The notes beneath the pieces are model-generated. The model had not been told where the DNA came from, made no database searches, and saw only the letters and a list, made by a program, of their open reading frames with translations. A program made the position numbers and the translations under genes. Of a stretch of 64,000 bases of DNA, positions 9,599-19,898 are shown in pieces. The first letter of the stretch is position 1. The number at the start of each line of letters is the position of its first letter. The DNA is from Rhodospirillales bacterium (GTDB lineage: Bacteria; Pseudomonadota; Alphaproteobacteria; Bin95). Location of the stretch: positions 2,496,894-2,560,893 of the forward strand of contig JAYQLI010000035.1 of assembly GCA_038143065.1 (NCBI GenBank). The letters are read 5' to 3'.

Positions 9599-11113
9599 AT
9601 GATTCAGGCTATGGCGCTTCTCCCTGCATCAGGCCCTTATACTCGTGGTCAACGTATCCTCATCACTGTACCGGTATTAATGGCCTCGCTCTTGCATGCC
9701 ATAAATATGAGTACTGCGTATGTGGCGTTGCCAAATATACAAGGAAATCTGTCTGCTACCGCTGATCAAGTGGGGTGGGTGATAACGGCTTTTGTGGTCG
9801 CTAGTGCAGTTGGAACAGTTTTAACGGGTTGGTTGTCACAGCAAGTTGGCAGGCGTGCTGTCTTCCTGGGTTCTATCGCTGGTTTCACAGTCACAAGTCT
9901 ACTCTGTGCAACTGCCGTTGATTTACAACAACTAGTGCTTTTCCGAGTTTTGCAGGGATTTGTTTCCGCTCCATTACTACCAGTGTCCCAGTCAATTATG
10001 CTTGATACTTACCCACGGGAGAAACATGGGTTTGCGATGTCCATCTGGTCGATGGGCATGATCCTTGGACCAGTAATTGGACCTACAGTAGGAGCAATAG
10101 TCACCGAGTTCTATGGATGGCGATACCTTTTCCTTATCAATATCCCTCTGGGGATAGCTGCTTTCTTAGCCATTCTTCCCACCTTGCCAAAAGCACCTAA
10201 CAAGCCAACTGGGTTGGACTGGATTGGAGTTACTACCCTTATAATAGCGGTGTCTGCGTTCCAACTTATGCTTGATAGAGGAGAGCGTCAGGATTGGTTT
10301 GAGTCCACAGAAATAATAATTTCAGCATTTGTGGCGGCGTTGTCCTTTTATATCTTTATTGTCCATTCATTGACGGCTTCACGGCCCTACATAAATCTCG
10401 CGATCTTTCAAGATAGGAACTATGTCGTAGGCGTTTGTCTGATTTTCGTCTTTGGGGTAGCGGTATTCTCCAGCCTCTTCATTTTACCTCTCTTTTTGCA
10501 GAATATTCAGGGCTATTCGGTTATTTCAGCTGGCTGGGTAGTTTCTGCTCGAGGTGTAGGAACAATGATTGCTATGCTTTGTGGAGGTTTTCTTGCGGAC
10601 CGGTTTCAAGCCCGACATTTACTCATTGCCGGCCTCCTGTGTTGTGCTTTTTCCAATTGGTGGATGACCGGTTGGTCAGCAGATGTTGGCCTTGATGAAA
10701 TTATCTGGGTGACGCTGGTTAATGGCTTTGGGATGGGCGTAATGTGGGTAACACTCTCCACCGCTACCTTCTCTACTCTAGCCCCAGAATTAAGAGTTGA
10801 AGGTGCATCCCTATTTTCTCTTGTGAGGGCTATTGGTGCCAGTGTGGGCACATCAATCGTAATTATGATTCTGGTTAGATCTGCCCAGGTAAATTACTCA
10901 GAGCTTCGCGACCGCATCAGTTTTGCTAATGAAGCATTGCAAAACTTTAGTAATGGAGGTTTGTGGAATTTAGATACCGCTGGTGGCGTAGCTGCCTTGT
11001 CTAAGTTGGTTTCAAAGGAAGCCTTGATGATCGGTTTTTTAAATGACTTTGTCTTTCTGGTTGCTATAGCTGCAGTTGGAATTCCATTAGTTTTTCTTTT
11101 GCGCCGATCTTAA
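9599..11113 (+). CDS. DHA2 (EmrB/QacA) family MFS efflux transporter
   Basis: Multi-TM hydrophobic protein; VALPNIQGNL, FRVLQG, GPVIGPTVG, WRYLFLINIPLG, QLMLDRGERQDWFES. Confidence 0.92.
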   Translation: MIQAMALLPASGPYTRGQRILITVPVLMASLLHAINMSTAYVALPNIQGNLSATADQVGWVITAFVVASAVGTVLTGWLSQQVGRRAVFLGSIAGFTVTSLLCATAVDLQQLVLFRVLQGFVSAPLLPVSQSIMLDTYPREKHGFAMSIWSMGMILGPVIGPTVGAIVTEFYGWRYLFLINIPLGIAAFLAILPTLPKAPNKPTGLDWIGVTTLIIAVSAFQLMLDRGERQDWFESTEIIISAFVAALSFYIFIVHSLTASRPYINLAIFQDRNYVVGVCLIFVFGVAVFSSLFILPLFLQNIQGYSVISAGWVVSARGVGTMIAMLCGGFLADRFQARHLLIAGLLCCAFSNWWMTGWSADVGLDEIIWVTLVNGFGMGVMWVTLSTATFSTLAPELRVEGASLFSLVRAIGASVGTSIVIMILVRSAQVNYSELRDRISFANEALQNFSNGGLWNLDTAGGVAALSKLVSKEALMIGFLNDFVFLVAIAAVGIPLVFLLRRS

Positions 11114-11191
11114 GTGGTTACTGTCAGAGTGAATTTGTTACTTGGAAGCCGAGGTTGGTTTGGGTGGTCAATTTGGAAGCTCATTAAACCT

Positions 11192-11226
11192 AAAAAGCCC
11201 GATGGACCCTGGTCCATTGGGCTTTC
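11192..11226. terminator. Probable bidirectional intrinsic terminator
   Basis: AAAAAGCCCGATGGACC-CT-GGTCCATTGGGCTTT hairpin between convergent genes. Confidence 0.75.
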
Positions 11227-11264
11227 TATCCTTTAGGAAAAGGTAAAACCGTAGTAGCTGCTGT

Positions 11265-12119
11265 TTATTCAGCTACTACTGGGTTGCTCAGTACACCTAC
11301 TTGCTCAACTTCGATATCTACTGTGTCTCCTGGAACCATGAACCGAGGGGGGGTGCTGGCATATCCTACGCCCTCAGGAGTACCAGTAACTACGATATCC
11401 CCTGCTTCGAGGGTCATGACTTCGGTTAAGTGCCATATCAGTTTTGCAATCGGAAAAATAAGGTCCCGTGTATTTGCGTTTTGCATCGTTTCGCCTGAGA
11501 CGCGGGTTTGCAATTGTAAGCCAACACCACCCGGTGTTACTTCGTCTGCAGTTACGATATCTGGCCCAAAAGCTCCGGTGCCATCAAAATTTTTCCCCAT
11601 GGTCCATTGACTGGCCTTGCGTTGATAATCGCGCACGCTCCCGTCGTTGAAGAGGGACCAGCCGTAAATCATATCGAGTGCATCAGACTCGGCAACATGA
11701 CGGCCTGTCTTCGCTATTACCATTACCAGCTCGCCTTCAAAATCAAATTTGTCGGAGGCTTTAGGAAGAACAAGAGGGTCTCCGTGAGCGATAAGCGAGG
11801 AAGGAAACCGGACAAACACCTCAGGGTAGGTTGGTGGAGCAGCTCCACCCTCGGCGGCATGCGCTGCGTAATTGCGACCAATACACAGAATTTTGCCGGG
11901 GCGCGGAATGGGAGGAAGAAGTTTTACAGAAGATAAGGGGCGAGCTTGAGCGCTAGCAGCTGCAGTCTTAAGTGCTTCCTTGGCCGCTGACCCTCCTTTA
12001 ATTACCCCAATCATATCCCCGCCAAAGGCCTCACTGGCTTTAGTGACGTCAAAAACATCTTCTCCAACACGGACACCAATTTTTTCAACGCCGTCTTCTA
12101 CAAACGTCACTAACCGCAT
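11265..12119 (-). CDS. Fumarylacetoacetate hydrolase family protein
   Basis: KILCIGRNYAAH, DFEGEL, NDGSVRDYQ, GKNFD, TGTPEGVG. Confidence 0.93.
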   Translation of the reverse strand: MRLVTFVEDGVEKIGVRVGEDVFDVTKASEAFGGDMIGVIKGGSAAKEALKTAAASAQARPLSSVKLLPPIPRPGKILCIGRNYAAHAAEGGAAPPTYPEVFVRFPSSLIAHGDPLVLPKASDKFDFEGELVMVIAKTGRHVAESDALDMIYGWSLFNDGSVRDYQRKASQWTMGKNFDGTGAFGPDIVTADEVTPGGVGLQLQTRVSGETMQNANTRDLIFPIAKLIWHLTEVMTLEAGDIVVTGTPEGVGYASTPPRFMVPGDTVDIEVEQVGVLSNPVVAE

Positions 12120-12316
12120 GTTTCATCCTCATAAAAAGGTAAAAGTTTCACTTCAGTTCAAATAACCTAACGCATGGAACAATACTACACTGCAAGAGTT
12201 TATATCTTGAGTTGGTTGATCAGAATAATCAGATCTTATTTTCGGATCTCTCAGGCTAAGACAAGTTCAAAATTGAAGTGTGTCCTCAATAATTGAGGCC
12301 TTCAAATAATCCACCA

Positions 12317-13486
12317 TTACACTCGGTTACGATTTTGTTGGTTTTGATCCCATATCAAGTCAGGCCCAATGTCGGCTATGTTGCGGCAACCTACCTGGCT
12401 CATAATTTTGTTCATTTCGTCTTCAACTATGGCCACTGCTTTTGATGCTCCTTTATCCCCACCGGCTACAGCTCCGTAAAGCATTGGTCTCCCCATGAAG
12501 ATGAATTTTGCTCCTGATGCTAAGGAAGTCACGACATCCGATCCTCTGCGTATGCCGCCATACAGCAACAAGGTCATTTTGTCTCCGACCGCGGCATCTA
12601 TTGGTCCCAGAGCATCTAATGAAGCAGGAGCACGATCAAGTTGGCGTTCTACATGGTTGGAAACAATCAGGCCGTCTACGCCAAGAGCAGCAGCTCGCTC
12701 GGCTTCATCAGCGCGAATAACACCTTTAAGGACTAATGCACGAGGCCATAACTTTCGGATGCGCTCTATATCTTTCCATTCAATACTATTCGGCAGCTGG
12801 CTTGCTACAAACTCAGCAACACCCGGTGCATCTGTTCCTGGTGGGGCATATGCTTGCCAGTTTGGTAACATAGCAATCCCGTGTTGGAGATAGTCCAGCA
12901 TCCATGCAGGCTTAGTTAAAGCATTTAACTTGGTGGCTAGCGTCAGTTTCAATGGACGGCCAAAGCCATTGCGACGGTTACGTTCCCGGTTTGGAGACAC
13001 GGGTACGTCTACTGTCACAACTAAGACAGGCATACCTAAATCAGCGGCGCGCTTCACCTGGTCATCTGCGATACTTCGATCTTTTGCAGTATAAAGCTGA
13101 TACCAACCGTGATCTGGTGCTTCTCGAGCGACATCCTCCATCGCAGCTGTTGCCGCACCCGAGAGAATGAAAGGGATATTTGCATTTCTTGCGGCGCGGG
13201 CCAGCATTAAATCTCCACCTCGCCGATAGTTGCCAATTCCACCCATCGGTGAGATGCCAAAAGGACTTGAATAGGTTTTGCCAAAGATAGTTGTTGACCG
13301 GTCGATTGGCGCATCTCCGGCCATGTACTTAGGCATCAAACTACGATGGGAGAATGCGTCTTCATTTCGAGCTAAGCCACTTTCGTCATCTACTCCACCT
13401 TCGATGAAATCATAAATTAGCTTGGGTACTCTGCGTTTGGCGATATTACGCAGGTCATCTAGATTTATGCAGTCGTCTATATTCAT
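12317..13486 (-). CDS. FMN-dependent alpha-hydroxy acid oxidase/dehydrogenase (LldD/mandelate dehydrogenase family)
   Basis: YDFIEGG, WYQLY, TVDVP, LKG, SNH(VE)RQLD, GGIRRGSD, GRP. Confidence 0.9.
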   Translation of the reverse strand: MNIDDCINLDDLRNIAKRRVPKLIYDFIEGGVDDESGLARNEDAFSHRSLMPKYMAGDAPIDRSTTIFGKTYSSPFGISPMGGIGNYRRGGDLMLARAARNANIPFILSGAATAAMEDVAREAPDHGWYQLYTAKDRSIADDQVKRAADLGMPVLVVTVDVPVSPNRERNRRNGFGRPLKLTLATKLNALTKPAWMLDYLQHGIAMLPNWQAYAPPGTDAPGVAEFVASQLPNSIEWKDIERIRKLWPRALVLKGVIRADEAERAAALGVDGLIVSNHVERQLDRAPASLDALGPIDAAVGDKMTLLLYGGIRRGSDVVTSLASGAKFIFMGRPMLYGAVAGGDKGASKAVAIVEDEMNKIMSQVGCRNIADIGPDLIWDQNQQNRNRV

Positions 13487-13571
13487 CGTGAATATCCAGG
13501 AAATTTTATATCATACGAAAGTTAGCTTAGAATTTACCTGTTTCCTTGCAAATGGTTTCAAAGAGTGCGCT

Positions 13572-14503
13572 ATGACAATTCTGTTTGTTTCAGATCCCAT
13601 AGTCGGGGGTGAAGAGGGTTGGCGAAAAGCCATGGCAGAACGTTTGCCAGACATACCTTTTAAGCTTTCAACAGAGATTTATGACAAGGAAGCGATCGAG
13701 TTTGTTCTTTGCTTCAGAGCACAGCCAGGCCTTTTTGCGGGAATGAAAAACCTAAAAGCAATTTTGGCAACTGGAGCAGGGGTGGATGGCCTGTTTCTTG
13801 ACCCAGATTTGCCAGATGTCCCAATCGCTAGAATTGTAGATCCTTGGATGGCAGATCAGATGGCGGCGTGGACTACTTATGCCGTACTGCATTTTTTCCG
13901 GAGATTTGGAGATTACCATAAGCAACAAATTTCGGCTGAATGGCGCGAGCTTGAGCCTCCGCAATCGGCTCCTCCACGGGTGGGTTTTTAGGGTATGGCG
14001 CAATTGGGTCTACCGTAGGCAAGGCCTTAGGCAATTTTGGTTTCGAAGTCTCGGCTTGGACACGCGGCTCTCGCGAGCTTCCTGGGATTTCCCATTATCA
14101 TGGCATGGAGGCCCTTCCTAACTTCATGGCGAAAGCAAATTTTCTTGCTTGCCTTATGCCTCTAACGCTCGAAACCAAGGGTTTCTTGAACAAGGAACGT
14201 CTCGGACTACTCCCTAACCCTGCCTACCTAATCAACCTTGCTAGAGGGCAGGTTGCAATTACTGAAGATATCATTTCTGCGCTCCAATGCGGTAGGCTTG
14301 CAGGCGCTTTTCTAGACGTAACAGACCCGGAACCGCTACCTGCGGACTCACCACTCTGGTCTATGGATAATGTCAGAATTACGCCTCATTGTTCTGGCCC
14401 TACCAATCCTGAAACAGCTGCAGATCAGGTTGCGGGTAATATTCTGCGCACTTTGAAGGGGGATCGGTTGGAAAATTTGATCCGTCGAGAACTTGGTTAC
14501 TAA
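13572..14503 (+). CDS. ghrA: Glyoxylate/hydroxypyruvate reductase A-like 2-hydroxyacid dehydrogenase, frameshifted
   Basis: GAGVD..DPDLPDVPIARIVDP..M, then LMPLTLETKG, LINLARG, LDVTDPEPLP, TPH; indels around 13990-14105. Confidence 0.75.
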
Positions 14504-14994
14504 AGAAGTCTTTGCCACCAGCCAACATCGTGCCAAGCATTAAATTTGCGGCCGACCTCCTTGAATGTTCCAGCGTGCGTAAATCCCACAGCTTCATGCA
14601 AAGTTATGCTTTTGGGATTGGGAAGGGTGATAGCTGCAAAGGCAGCATGAAACCCCTTTTGTTTGAGACGCGGTAGTAGCTTTGCGTAAAGTGAACGTCC
14701 AATACCTTTTCGTTGTTCATTTTGTGCAACATAAAGACTGACTTCAGTGGAAGGCTTATAAGCTTCCCTCGTCCGATACACAGATCCGTATGCATATCCA
14801 ACGACTTTATTATTACTGATTGCTACGAAATATAGGCGAGTGGAGCGATATTGTTCAATACGCCTGTACATCTCATCGACTGTAGGCACCTCTGTTTCAA
14901 AAGAAATTGGGGTTTCTTTTACAAAAGGGGCGTAGATTTCTCGGATGCTTTCAGCATCTCCGGAGCAAGCTTCTCGAAGATTGAAGACTGTCAT
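14500..14994 (-). CDS. GNAT N-acetyltransferase (phosphinothricin/methionine sulfoximine acetyltransferase-like)
   Basis: ISFETEVP, GYAY, GIGRSLY, ITLPN..S..LH..GF..G...EVGRKF..WHDV. Confidence 0.9.
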   Translation of the reverse strand: MTVFNLREACSGDAESIREIYAPFVKETPISFETEVPTVDEMYRRIEQYRSTRLYFVAISNNKVVGYAYGSVYRTREAYKPSTEVSLYVAQNEQRKGIGRSLYAKLLPRLKQKGFHAAFAAITLPNPKSITLHEAVGFTHAGTFKEVGRKFNAWHDVGWWQRLL

Positions 14995-14998
14995 TGGC

Positions 14999-16245
14999 TT
15001 AGCGTGTTAACCGAGTTGCTAGAAAAATTAATAGAATGATTATTCCCGAAAGTAGCCAGAGAGCGGAGGCAAACCCCCCAGACATTTCGGAGATTGCTCC
15101 TAGGGCTAGTGGACCAGTTACGCCACCAATTTCGGCGGCGGAAAAAAATAATCCAGAAGCAGCTCCAGCGCGGCGTGCACCAATTTCAGGCATTTCAACT
15201 AAAATTAAAATGGCGACGGTCATAAGGGAAGAACGGGCTATACCTTGAAGAGTTAAGCCAGTTGCTAATCCAATTCCTGGTGAAAGATGCATCAAAACCG
15301 TTGCAGTCAAGGCAGATAGCAGGAGTGCCAGAAGAATAAAATATCGCCTTTCACGCTTGGCTAGTCTTGGAATTATAAGAGACCCAGCGACACCAACAGC
15401 CGTAGGTATCATCGCCCATAGATCAGCAGATGTTGGGGGTAGGCCTTTGTCTCTTAGGAGAGTAGGCAGCCAATTATTCAGGCCATGGTTTAGAAAGAAT
15501 ATGCCAACACTCATAATCAGCATAAGCTGAACTGTTGGAAGTCTGAGGAGTTCTTTCCAAACAAGCAGCTGTGGTTCGCGTGGCGCACTTCGGAGGCTTG
15601 CCTCCACACGACGTGCTTCCGCATGGGACGATATCAATAGCCAGATAGCGGTCGCAATGGCAGTTATGGCTGCATAAAATAGAAGAACTGCGCGCCAGTC
15701 ATGATCAAATAATGGCATTAAAAGGGGATTAGTAATTGCCAATGATGTGATGGCCCCAAGACTTGGCCCTGTGATGTATATGCCCATTGCAAACGCGCGA
15801 TCTTTGCTATCAAACCAAAGCGCAATTACCTTTGGGGCACCCACTGAAACCAGAGGCCCTCCAAGCCCAAAGACCGCAACAGCGACTAAAAATATGCCAT
15901 AAGTATCTGCAGATGCTCTGAAAATTCCAGATGCAGTTATCATCAAACCCGCAAAAAAAGAGTTTTTCTTGGGCCGATGCGGTCCATCGCGGCGCCGCCA
16001 GGTGCTGCAGAAATGATATAGACGAGTTGCCATGCTCCAAACACTACGCCCATTGCAGCGTGTCCGACCCCAAGGTCTTTGGTAATTGGCCCGACAAGAG
16101 GAGCAAGGGATGCTGAAGTAAGGCCAAAGCATAAATACAATAACCAAACAGCTCCGAGCATCATCCAGCGGTGTGGATGCCCTGCTGCAAGTGCTTCAAT
16201 AGAGTTGGTAGAACCGCGGGCCATAGATCGCTCTACCATTGCCAT
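14999..16245 (-). CDS. MFS transporter (CynX-like), one frameshift near 15955
   Basis: ORFs 15943-16245 (..AAMDRIGPRK) and 14999-16147 join at a homopolymer run; hydrophobic segments, WLPTLL. Confidence 0.8.
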
Positions 16246-16297
16246 CCAGTGCTTACGATAGGCAGGATGTCGCTCTTAAACTATTGTGAGGTCAAGC

Positions 16298-17076
16298 ATG
16301 AGTCGGATGGATGGTCGAAAAGCCGTTGTAACTGGAGCAGCTGGGGGAATTGGGAAGGCTATAGCGTCGTTGTATGCCCGCGAGGGCGCAAAAGTAGTTA
16401 TAGTAGATTTAAACCAAGAGGCGGCGGATGAGACCGCGCATGAGGTTGGTGCTGTTGCTGCTTTTGCCTGTGATGTAACTCAGATACAGTCCGTCGAGAA
16501 GATGTCCACGCAGGCAGTATTGGCTTTGGGAGAGGTGGATACGCTAGTCAATAATGCTGGAATACCAGGACGAGGTTTTCTTGTTGATATTGATGAAGCG
16601 CTGATTGATCGAGTGATCAGTGTAAATGTTAAAGGCGTAATTTTAGCTTCGAAAGCTTTTGCGCCACACCTCATTCAAGTTGGAAAAAGTGGCAGAGATG
16701 CTTCAATCATCAATATGTCTAGCCAGGCAGGTAAAAAGGTTGGCCGGAGCTAACAGTTTATTCTGCGTCTAAGGCAGCAGTACTAGGATTTTCCCGCGGA
16801 CTTGCAGTTGAATTGGGCCCTAATGTGCGCGTGAATTCTATTTGCCCTGGCTACATTAGTGCAGCAGGCATGTTTTGGAGAAATTGGAGTCAGGCAGGTG
16901 ATGAAGAGAAGACACCTGAGGAGAGGGGAGCAGAATTTGCTGCTAAACATTGGCCTCTTGCTCGCCTGCAGAGTCCTGAAGATGTAGCTAATGCAGCTTT
17001 ATTTCTTGCCTCTAGTGAGGCACAAGAAATTACCGGGCAAGCTATTAATGTCGCCGGCGGCGTAGTTATGGATTAA
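16298..17076 (+). CDS. Short-chain dehydrogenase/reductase, one frameshift near 16735
   Basis: VVTGAAGGIG, LVNNAG, NMSS, YSASK (second frame), VRVNSICPG, ITGQAINVAGG. Confidence 0.9.
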
Positions 17077-17100
17077 TATCTTGGGAAAGAGGAGATCAAG

Positions 17101-17976
17101 ATGGCTTTAACCTTTAATGTTGGTGAAATGCGTGTCGATCGTGTGATTGAGCAAGAATTACCCGGTTTTGATCCATTCGAATTTTTTCCGAACCTCACCA
17201 AGGAGGAATTGGAAGAGCATCGCTCGATGTTAGAGCCAAATGCGCTAGATCCTGCAAGCGGATTGTTGGTGTTTACTATGCAGTCTTATGTGGTGCGAGT
17301 TGGCGGCCTCACAATTCTTATTGATAGCTGTATTGGAAATGATAAGGACCGACCAACACGTCCGCTTTGGCATATGAAAACTGACACAACGTACATGGAT
17401 GCGCTGAAGCGGGCAGGTCTAACTGTCAATGACATTGATATGGTCATGTGCACGCACTTGCACCCTGACCATGTTGGATGGAACACCAAGCTTGAAAATG
17501 GCCGTTGGGTGCCAACGTTTCCAAATGCAAAATATGTATTTTCTAAAATGGAGTTAGATTATTGGACGGAACAAAATGCCAAAAAACCAATTGGTCATTT
17601 TGTAGACTCGGTGTTGCCAATTGTAGAAGCGGGAAAAACTGAGCTTGTAACTAGTGACCACGAGTTAACCCATGGAGTTCAGTTGCTCCCAACACCCGGA
17701 CATACGCCGGACCACTATTCTGTCCGTCTATCATCGGGTGGCTCTGAGGCCATAGTCACTGGCGATTTGATCCACTCGCCACTGCAGTGTGTTTGTACTC
17801 ATCTGCATGCTCGTCCAGATGTCGATCCTGTCCAAGGTCTCGCGACCCGAAATGCAGTCATGGAGAAATATGCGGACACAGATACACTAATAGCAGCAAC
17901 ACACTTCCCATCGCCTTCTCTGGGGCAATTCATTCGGAATGGTGATGCTTTTGGTTATCGCTATCGTGAAGGTTGA
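17101..17976 (+). CDS. MBL-fold metallo-hydrolase (lactonase-like)
   Basis: THLHPDHVGWN, TPGHTPDH, GDLIH, THFP. Confidence 0.92.
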   Translation: MALTFNVGEMRVDRVIEQELPGFDPFEFFPNLTKEELEEHRSMLEPNALDPASGLLVFTMQSYVVRVGGLTILIDSCIGNDKDRPTRPLWHMKTDTTYMDALKRAGLTVNDIDMVMCTHLHPDHVGWNTKLENGRWVPTFPNAKYVFSKMELDYWTEQNAKKPIGHFVDSVLPIVEAGKTELVTSDHELTHGVQLLPTPGHTPDHYSVRLSSGGSEAIVTGDLIHSPLQCVCTHLHARPDVDPVQGLATRNAVMEKYADTDTLIAATHFPSPSLGQFIRNGDAFGYRYREG

Positions 17977-17984
17977 GGTAGCCT

Positions 17985-19015
17985 ATGACCATTAAATATT
18001 CTGTCCTAGATCAATCTATAGCAGTTGCTGGTGAACCTCAGGGGCAAGCTATTCGAAATACTGTGGAGTTAGCTGGCTTCTGCGAACGGCTTGGCTATGA
18101 GCGTTTTTGGGTTTCTGAGCACCACAACCATCCAAGCATCCTAGGCTCTGCTCCAGAAGTCTTGCTGGCTGCAATTGCTATGAAAACGTCAAGAATACGG
18201 ATTGGCTCTGCCGGAGTGATGTTGCCGCACTATTCTCCATATAAGGTGGCAGAGCAATTTCGTGTCCTTGACGCACTTGCGCCAGGTCGTATTGATCTTG
18301 GTCTTGGGAGGGCTCCAGGCTCTGATGGCCGTACGGCGTTTGCTCTCAACCCCAATGCTAATGAACGTCCTAACCAGTTTCCTGCTGATGTTCGGGACCT
18401 AATGGCTTGGGTAACTGGTCAACCTCTTGTTGATGGACATCCATTCGGGGCTGTAAAAGCCTATCCTGCTGGAGATACATCACCGCAGATTTGGATGCTG
18501 GGCTCATCTGACTATGGGGCCCAAGTTGCTGCGCATTTTGGTTTGCCATACGCGTTTGCTTGGTTTTTCACTGATGGAAGAGGAGCAGATCAGGCTCTCA
18601 AGTTATACAAGCAGTTCTATCGACCTTCAGAGTTGTGGCCAGAACCAAATGCTACAATTTGTGTCTGGGCGCTAGCCGGGGATAGTAAGGCAGAAGCAGA
18701 ACGAAACTTTATGCCAAGAGCGAAATGGCGCCTGGCCAGAGACCGCGGCCAATTTATTTCTATGCAGACGCCTGAGGAAGTCTTAGCTGAGGGTTCAGTG
18801 AGAGTGATGAAATGCGCATCCACCCAATGCTAAGAGATGGTTATGTAGGAGAGGGTGCTGAAGTTGCTCAAAGGATAAAAGCTCTCGGTGCTGAACTCGG
18901 TGTGCAAGAGATTGCCATTGTCACCTGGGCTCATGAAGAATCTATTCGTCAGAGAAGTTATGAACTTTTGGCGCAGCATCTAGGAGTTTCAGAAGCTCAA
19001 GGTGTGGCGGCTTGA
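17985..19015 (+). CDS. LLM-class flavin-dependent oxidoreductase, frameshift near 18800
   Basis: YSVLDQS, RFWVSEHHN, RIRIGSAGVMLPHYSPYKVAEQF, LGRAPG, WMLGSS; C-terminus in ORF 18812-19015. Confidence 0.9.
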
Positions 19016-19815
19016 CGTCGGAAACGGGTATTTACCTATTTGATGAGCCAGTTTCCGCGACTGGCAACATGAGAGTTCATTTTCACCGCGCATCCTCTTG
19101 GTCTAGCGATGGTCCAGTGCTGATTGTTCTTCATGGGTATAAGCGTAACGCGGATACTTATCTCTGCGACTGGAAATTAGAGGCTGAGCGCCTGAATGCA
19201 CTCCTTTTATGCCCAGAGTTTGACAAAGGGGGGTTCCCCACTCCACGGGAATATGAAGTTGGCCGGATGCGTACGCCTGATCGTCGCGCATTTCTCCCTT
19301 GTGAGGAATGGAATTGGGGTGCAATAGAGCGTGGCTTCGATGCAGCTTGTAAGAGGTTTGGTGTAAGCCAAGATAGTTATTGGCTTTACGGGCATTCAGC
19401 AGGAGGGCAATTTGTGCATCGCTTTGCACTTTACTGTCCAGAATCCCGTGCATCTCACATCATCGCTGCTAATGCTGGCGCGTATTCGGCTCTAGATGAC
19501 CAACGTTTCCCTTACGGAATAGGGCAAAATGGACCGGCTACAGATCTTCCAGCTTTTCTAAGCCGACGCATTACTGTGCTTTTGGGGCATAAAGACAGGA
19601 AAACTAAAGGAGGAGTTTTGTTAAGGTCGCCTGAGGCACTCGTACAAGGCCCTCATCGCCTAGCACGCGGGCGTTTCTTTTTTCAAAGTGGGAAGGCAAT
19701 GGCCGCAAAACTTGACGTGCCATTTAATTGGAGCTTGGTCGAGGCTCATGACATCGGCCATAGTAACCGCTTACTAGCACCTGTAGCAGCACATCTTTTT
19801 GCAGCCTCAGGTTAA
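19012..19815 (+). CDS. Alpha/beta hydrolase-fold protein
   Basis: VLHG..RNA, YGHSAGGQFVHR, AANAG, QGPHRLARG, GH. Confidence 0.8.
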   Translation: MTSETGIYLFDEPVSATGNMRVHFHRASSWSSDGPVLIVLHGYKRNADTYLCDWKLEAERLNALLLCPEFDKGGFPTPREYEVGRMRTPDRRAFLPCEEWNWGAIERGFDAACKRFGVSQDSYWLYGHSAGGQFVHRFALYCPESRASHIIAANAGAYSALDDQRFPYGIGQNGPATDLPAFLSRRITVLLGHKDRKTKGGVLLRSPEALVQGPHRLARGRFFFQSGKAMAAKLDVPFNWSLVEAHDIGHSNRLLAPVAAHLFAASG

Positions 19816-19898
19816 GTGATAGTTGCCAGGCGCTAAAGTTTCTTAGGTAGAAGTTTTCTGGAATTAATTCCTGGTGCTTGCTCTCTCAATCTTCAAAT

